Assembly (NCBI GenBank): GCA_964057225.1
Contig: OZ059894.1
Location: 22,878,001 to 22,942,000 of the forward strand
DNA length: 64,000 nt
Origin: Auanema rhodensis
Lineage: Eukaryota; Animalia; Nematoda
Direction: 5' to 3'
In this document: piece after piece, positions 57,215 through 64,000 of the stretch
How the letters are laid out: each line of letters starts with the position of its first letter
Numbering within the stretch: the first letter of the stretch is position 1
Translations under genes and position numbers: made by a program
Notes under the pieces: model-generated
What the model saw: the letters and a program-made list of their open reading frames with translations, nothing else
What the model was told of the DNA's origin: nothing
The model's database searches: none

Positions 57215-57333
57215 CTTAAAAATTCGCATCGAATGCACTATACTACATTGAGAATTGAATCGAGAACTTATATCAGTTGATATCTCGGTGCATTTTTAAG
57301 CTAGCGCAAATCTGATAACACAGATCGACGCAG
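57215..57333 (+). repeat. Truncated 119-bp monomer M164: pos 41-281 replaced by 9-nt filler ttgaatcga
   Basis: The sequence reads acattgagaa|ttgaatcga|gaacttatatc, and the next unit starts at 57334 (net -232 bp). Confidence 0.97.
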
Positions 57334-60300
57334 CTTAAAAATCCGCATCGAATGCACTATACTACATTGAGAAACGCTTAATACAAAAATTAGTTATGAT
57401 CGTTTGAAAAATGATGCATTAGTGTATGTTGAGTTTCCATGTACACTCAACATTGCTTCCAAAAACATTTTGACAAAAATTTTTTCGAAAAATTTCATAA
57501 TAATTTAGCAAAAAGTAGATGTTTTTAGATTCCATTTTTCAAGGCAAAGACGATGGACAATGTTATTCAACGAAAAAATTAATTCTTCAGGGTGAAAATC
57601 GAGGATATAAGTGTGAACTTATATCAGTTGATATCTCGGTGCATTTTTAAGCTAGCGCAAATCTGATAACACAGATCGACGCAGCTTAAAAATCCGCATC
57701 GAATGCACTATACTACATTGAGAAACGCTTAATACAAAAATTAGTTATGATCGTTTGAAAAATGATGCATTAGTATATGTTGAGTTTCCATGTACACTCA
57801 ACATTGCTTCCAAAAACATTTTGACAAAAATTTTTTCGAAAAATTTCAAAATAATTTTGCAAAAAGTAGATGTTTTTGGATTCCTTTTTTCAAGGCAAAG
57901 ACGATGGACAATGTTATTCAACGAAAAAATTAATTCTTCAGGGTGAAAATCGAGGATATAAGTGTGAACTTATATCAGTTGATATCTCGGTGAATTTTTA
58001 AGCTAGCGCAAATCGGATAACACAGATCGACGCAGCTTAAAAATTCGCATCGAATGCACTATACTACATTGAGAAACGCTCAATACAAAAATTAGTTATG
58101 ATTGTTTGAAAAATGATGCATTAGTGTATGTTGAGTTTCCATGTACACTCAACATTGCTTCCAAAAACATTTTGACAAAAATTTTTTCGAAAAATTTCAA
58201 AATAATTTAGCAAAAAGTAGATGTTTTTAGATTCCATTTTTCAAGGCAAAGACGATGGACAATGTTATTCAACGAAAAAATCAATTCTTCAGGGTGAAAA
58301 TCGAGGATATAAGTGTGAACTTATATCAGTTGATATCTCGGTGAATTTTTAAGCTAGCGCAAATCGGATAACACAGATCGACGCAGCTTAAAAATTCGCA
58401 TCGAATGCACTATACTACATTGAGAAACGCTCAATACAAAAATTAGTTATGATTGTTTGAAAAATGATGCATTAGTGTATGTTGAGTTTCCATGTACACT
58501 CAACATTGCTTCCAAAAACATTTTGACAAAAAGTTTTTCGAAAAATTTCAGAATAATTTAGCAAAAAGTAGATGTTTTTAGATTCCTTTTTTCAAGGCAA
58601 AGACGATGGTCAATGTTATTCAACGAAAAAATCAATTCTTCAGGGTGAAAATCGAGGATATAAGTGTGAACTTATATCAGTTGATATCTCGGTGAATTTT
58701 TAAGCTAGCGCAAATCGGATAACACAGATCGACGCAGCTTAAAAATTCGCATCGAATGCACTATACTACATTGAGAAACGCTCAATACAAAAATTAGTTA
58801 TGATTGTTTGAAAAATGATGCATTAGTGTATGTTGAGTTTCCATGTACACTCAACATTGCTTCCAAAAACATTTTGACAAAAATTTTTTCGAAAAATTTC
58901 AGAATAATTTAGCAAAAAGTAGATGTTTTTAGATTCCTTTTTTCAAGGCAAAGACGATGGTCAATGTTATTCAACGAAAAAATCAATTCTTCAGGGTGAA
59001 AATCGAGGATATAAGTGTGAACTTATATCAGTTGATATCTCGGTGCATTTTTTAGCTAGCGCAAATCTGATAACACAGATCGACGCAGCTTAACAATCCG
59101 CATCGAATGCACTATACTACATTAAGAAACGCTTAATACAAAAATTAGTTATGATCGTTTGAAAAATGATGCATTAGTGTATGTTGAGTTTCCATGTACA
59201 CTCAACATTGCTTCCAAAAACATTTTGACAAAAATTTTTTCGAAAAATTTCAGAATAATTCAGCAAAAAGTAGATGTTTTTAGATTCCATTTTTCAAGGC
59301 AAAGACGATGGACAATGTTATTCAACGAAAAAATTAATTCTTCAGGGTGAAAATCGAGGATATAAGTGTGAACTTATATCAGTTGATATCTCGGTGCATT
59401 TTTAAGCTAGCGCAAATCTGATAACACAGATCGACGCAGCTTAAAAATCCGCATCGAATGCACTATACTACATTGAGAAACGCTTAATACAAAAATTAGT
59501 TATGATCGTTTGAAAAATGATGCATTAGTGTATGTTGAGTTTCCATGTACACTCAACATTGCTTCCAAAAACATTTTGACAAAAATTTTTTCGAAAAATT
59601 TCAAAATAATTTAGCAAAAATTAGATGTTTTTAGATTCCATTTTTCAAGGCAAAGACGATGGACAATGTTATTCAACGAAAAAATTATTTCTTCAGGGTG
59701 AAAATCGAGGATATAAGTGTGAACTTATATCAGTTGATATCTCGGTGCATTTTTAAGCTAGCGCAAATCTGATAACACAGATCGACGCAGCTTAAAAATC
59801 CGCATTGAATGCACTATACTACATTGAGAAACGCTTAATACAAAAATTAGTTATGATCGTTTGAAAAATGATGCATTAGTGTATGTTGAGTTTCCATGTA
59901 CACTCAACATTGCTTCCAAAAACATTTTGACAAAAATTTTTTCGAAAAATTTCAAAATAATTAAGCAAAAAGTAGATGTTTTTAGATTCCTTTTTTCAAG
60001 GCAAAGACGATGGACAATGTAATTCAACGAAAAAATTAATTCTTCAGGGTGAAAATCGAGGATATAAGTGTGAACATATATCAGTTGATATCTTGGTGCA
60101 TTTTTAAGCTAGCGCAAATCTGATAACACAGATCGACGCAGCTCAACAATCCGCATCGAATGCACTATACTACATTGAGAAACGCTTGATACAAAAATTA
60201 GTTATGATCGTTTGAAAAATGATGCATTAGTGTATGTTGAGTTTCCATGTACACTCAACATTGCTTCCAAAAACATTTTGACAAAAATTTTTTCGAAAAA

Positions 60301-63300
60301 TTTCAAAATAATTTAGCAAAAAGTAGATGTTTTCAGATTCCTTTTTTCAAGGCAAAGACGATGGACAATGTTATTCAACGAAAAAATTAATTCTTCAGGG
60401 TGAAAATCGAGGATATAAGTGTGAACTTATATCAGTTGATATCTCGGTGCATTTTTAAGCTAGCGCAAATCTGATAACACAGATCGACGCAGCTTAAAAA
60501 TCCGCATCGAATGCACTATACTACATTGAGAAACGCTTAATACAAAAATTAGTTATGATCGTTTGAAAAATGATGCATTAGTGTATATTGAAATTCCATG
60601 TACACTCAACATTGCTTCCAAAAACATTTTGACTAAAATTTTTTTGAAAAATTTCAAAATAATTTAGCAAAAAGTAGATGTTTTTAGATTCCTTTTTTCA
60701 AGGCAAAGACGATGGACAATGTAATTCAACGAAAAAATTAATTCTTCAGGGTGAAAATCGAGGATATAAGTGTAAACATATATCAGTTGATATCTTGGTG
60801 CATTTTTAAGCTAGCGCAAATCTGATAACACAGATCGACGCAGCTCAAAAATCCGCATCGAATGCACTATACTACATTGAGAAACGCTTAATACAAAAAT
60901 TAGTTATGATCGTTTGAAAAATGATGCATTAGTGTATGTTGAGTTTCCATGTACACTCAACATTGCTTCCAAAAACATTTTGACAAAAATTTTTTCGAAA
61001 AATTTCAAAATAATTTAGCAAAAAGTAGATGTTTTCAGATTCCTTTTTTCAAGGCAAAGACGATGGACAATGTTATTCAACGAAAAAATTAATTCTTCAG
61101 GGTGAAAATCGAGGATATAAGTGTGAACTTATATCAGTTGATATCTCGGTGCATTTTTAAGCTAGCGCAAATCTGATAACACAGATCGACGCAGCTTAAA
61201 AATCCGCATCGAATGCACTATACTACATTGAGAAACGCTTGATACAAAAATTAGTTATGATCGTTTGAAAAATGATGCATTAGTGTATGTTGAGTTTCCA
61301 TGTACACTCAACATTGCTTCCAAAAACATTTTGACAAAAATTTTTTCGAAAAATTTCAAAATAATTTAGCAAAAAGTAGATGTTTTTAGATTCCTTTTTT
61401 CAAGGCAAAGACGATGGACAATGTTATTCAACGAAAAAATTAATTTTTCAGGGTGAAAATCGAGGATATAAGTGTGAACTTATATCAGTTGATATCTCGG
61501 TGCATTTTTAAGCTAGCGCAAATCTGATAACACAGATCGACGCAGCTTAAAAATCCGCATCGAATGCACTATACTACATTGAGAAACGCTTAATACAAAA
61601 ATTAGTTATGATCGTTTGAAAAATGATGCATTAGTGTATGTTGAGTTTCCATGTACACTCAACATTGCTTCCAAAAATATTTTGACAAAAATTTTTTCGA
61701 AAAATTTCAGAATAATTTAGCAAAAAGTAGATGTTTTTAGATTCCATTTTTCAAGGCAAAGACGATGGACAATGTTATTCAACGAAAAAATTAATTCTTC
61801 AGGGTGAAAATCGAGGATATAAGTGTGAACTTATATCAGTTGATATCTCGGTGCATTTTTAAGCTAGCGCAAATCTGATAACACAGATCGACGCAGCTTA
61901 AAAATCCGCATCGAATGCACTATATTACATTGAGAAACGCTTAATACAAAAATTAGTTATGATCGTTTGAAAAATGATGCATTAGTGTATGTTGAGTTCC
62001 CATGTACACTCAACATTGCTTCCAAAAACATTTTGACAAAAATTTTTTCGGAGAATTTCAAAATAATTTAGCAAAAAGTAAATGTTTTTAGATTCCTTTT
62101 TTCAAGGCAAAGACGATGGACAATGTTATTCAACGAAAAAATTATTCCTTCAGGGTGAAAATCGAGGATATAAGTGTGAACTTATATCAGTTGATATCTC
62201 GGTGCATTTTTAAGCTAGCGCAAATCTGATAACAGAGATCGACGCAGCTTAAAAATCCGCATCGAATGCACTATACTACATTGAGAAACGCTTAATACAA
62301 AAATTAGTTATGATCGTTTGAAAAATGATGCATTAGTGTATGTTGAGTTTCCATGTACACTCAACATTGCTTCCAAAAACATTTTGACAAAAATTTTTTC
62401 GAAAAATTTCAAAATAATTTAGCAAAAAGTAGATGTTTTTAGATTCCTTTATTCAAAGCAAAGACGATGGACAATGTTATTCAACGAAAAAATTAATTCT
62501 TCAGGGTGAAAATCGAGGATATAAGTGTGAACTTATATCAGTTGATATCTCGGTGCATTTTTAAGCTAGCGCAAATCTGATAACACAGATCGACGCAGCT
62601 TAAAAATCCGCATCGAATGCACTATACTACATTGAGAAACGCATAATACAAAAATTAGTTATGATCGTTTGAAAAATGATGCATTAGTGTATGTTGAGTT
62701 TCCATGTACACTCAACATTGCTTCCAAAAACATTTTGACAAAAATTTTTTCGAAAAATTTCAAAATAATTTAGCAAAAATTAGATGTTTTTAGATTCCAT
62801 TTTTCAAGGCAAAGACGATGGACAATGTTATTCAACGAAAAAATTAATTCTTCAGGGTGAAAATCGAGGATATAAGTGTGAACTTATATCAGTTGATATC
62901 TCGGTGCATTTTTAAGCTAGCGCAAATCTGATAACACAGATCGACGCAGCTTAAAAATCCGCATCGAATGCACTATACTACATTGAGAAACGCTTAATAC
63001 AAAAATTAGTTATGATCGTTTGAAAAATGATGCATTAGTGTATGTTGAGTTTCCATGTACACTCAACATTGCTTCCAAAAACATTTTGACAAAAATTTTT
63101 TCGAAAAATTTCAAAATAATTTAGCAAAAAGTAGATGTTCTTAGATTCCTTTTTTCAAGGCAAAGACGATGGACAATGTTATTCAACGAAAAAATTATTC
63201 CTTCAGGGTGAAAATCGAGGATATAAGTGTGAACTTATATCAGTTGATATCTCGGTGCATTTTTAAGCTGACGCAAATCTGATAACACAGATCGACGCAG

Positions 63301-64000
63301 CTTAAAAATCCGCATCGAATGCACTATACTACATTGAGAAACGCTTGATACAAAAATTAGTTATGATCGTTTGAAAAATGATGCATTAGTGTATGTTGAG
63401 TTTCCATGTACACTCAACATTGCTTCCAAAAACATTTTGACAAAATTTTTTTCGAAAAATTTCAGAATAATTTAGCAAAAAGTAGATGTTTTTAGATTCC
63501 ATTTTTCAAGGCAAAGACGATGGACAATGTTATTCAACGAAAAAATTAATTCTTCAGGGTGAAAATCGAGGATATAAGTGTGAACTTATATCAGTTGATA
63601 TCTCGGTGCATTTTTAAGCTAGCGCAAATCTGATAACACAGATCGACGCAGCTTAAAAATCCGCATCGAATGCACTATACTACATTGAGAAACGCTTAAT
63701 ACAAAAATTAGTTATGATCGTTTGAAAAATGATGCATTAGTGTATGTTGAGTTTCCATGTACACTCAACATTGCTTCCAAAAACATTTTGACAAAAATTT
63801 TTTCGAAAAATTTCAAAATAATTTAGCAAAAATTAGATGTTTTTAGATTCCATTTTTCAAGGCAAAGACGATGGACAATGTTATTCAACGAAAAAATTAT
63901 TTCTTCAGGGTGAAAATCGAGGATATAAGTGTGAACTTATATCAGTTGATATCTCGGTGCATTTTTAAGCTAGCGCAAATCTGATAACACAGATCGACGC

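Larger units (their letters stand above)
1..64000 (+). repeat. Tandem satellite DNA array, 351-bp monomer, ~183 head-to-tail copies
   Basis: The unit start cttaa(a/c)aatccgcatcgaatgc recurs at 1, 352, 703, 3511, 7021 and 14041 (exact multiples of 351). It is shifted by +1 from 20360 onward (21062, 28082, 42122, 56162) and by a further -232 from 57334 onward (59791, 63652). Units differ by only a few SNPs, and no non-satellite sequence or inversion was seen. Confidence 0.99.

Noticed and set aside
3220-59350. Repeated 62-75 aa ORFs (MKNDALVYVEF..., MYTQHCF..., MIFSLNN...)
   Set aside because: They are translations of the satellite. The 63-aa frame starts at TTG and is closed by TAG at pos 173-175 in most units, or by TGA at pos 221-223 in others. 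It is open only where SNPs remove the stop. There is no recognisable domain, and the K/F/N/I-rich composition reflects the A/T tracts.
1-64000. CRISPR-like or other repeat-spacer array
   Set aside because: The palindromic elements recur, but the sequences between them are identical from unit to unit. There are no unique spacers and no cas or other genes.

Overview
The whole window is one uninterrupted head-to-tail tandem array of an AT-rich 351-bp monomer (about 32% GC, 112 G+C counted in the first unit). It holds about 183 units, all on the same strand, and the last unit is cut off by the window edge. This is typical eukaryotic satellite DNA, plausibly centromeric or pericentromeric, though I do not recognise the family or the host. 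I find no supportable genes, RNA genes, CRISPR array or transposase, and the listed ORFs are by-products of SNPs that remove a stop codon. The informative structure lies in three places. (i) The monomer is dense in inverted repeats, including an imperfect ~67-nt hairpin across the unit junction. (ii) Shared SNP haplotypes define local higher-order repeats of 2, 3/6, 4, 5 and 8 monomers, plus long-range block duplications. (iii) There are only two length changes: +1 bp near 20034, and a 241-bp deletion with a 9-nt filler at 57255-57263. A rare 4-monomer block occurs at both ~18.6-20.0 kb and ~56.5-57.7 kb and brackets a more homogeneous core, while the last ~4.5 kb is more diverged. This fits layered expansion of the array. 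Monomer typing was done by eye. Units are numbered M1 (start 1) to M183 (start 63652), and 'pos' means position within the monomer.
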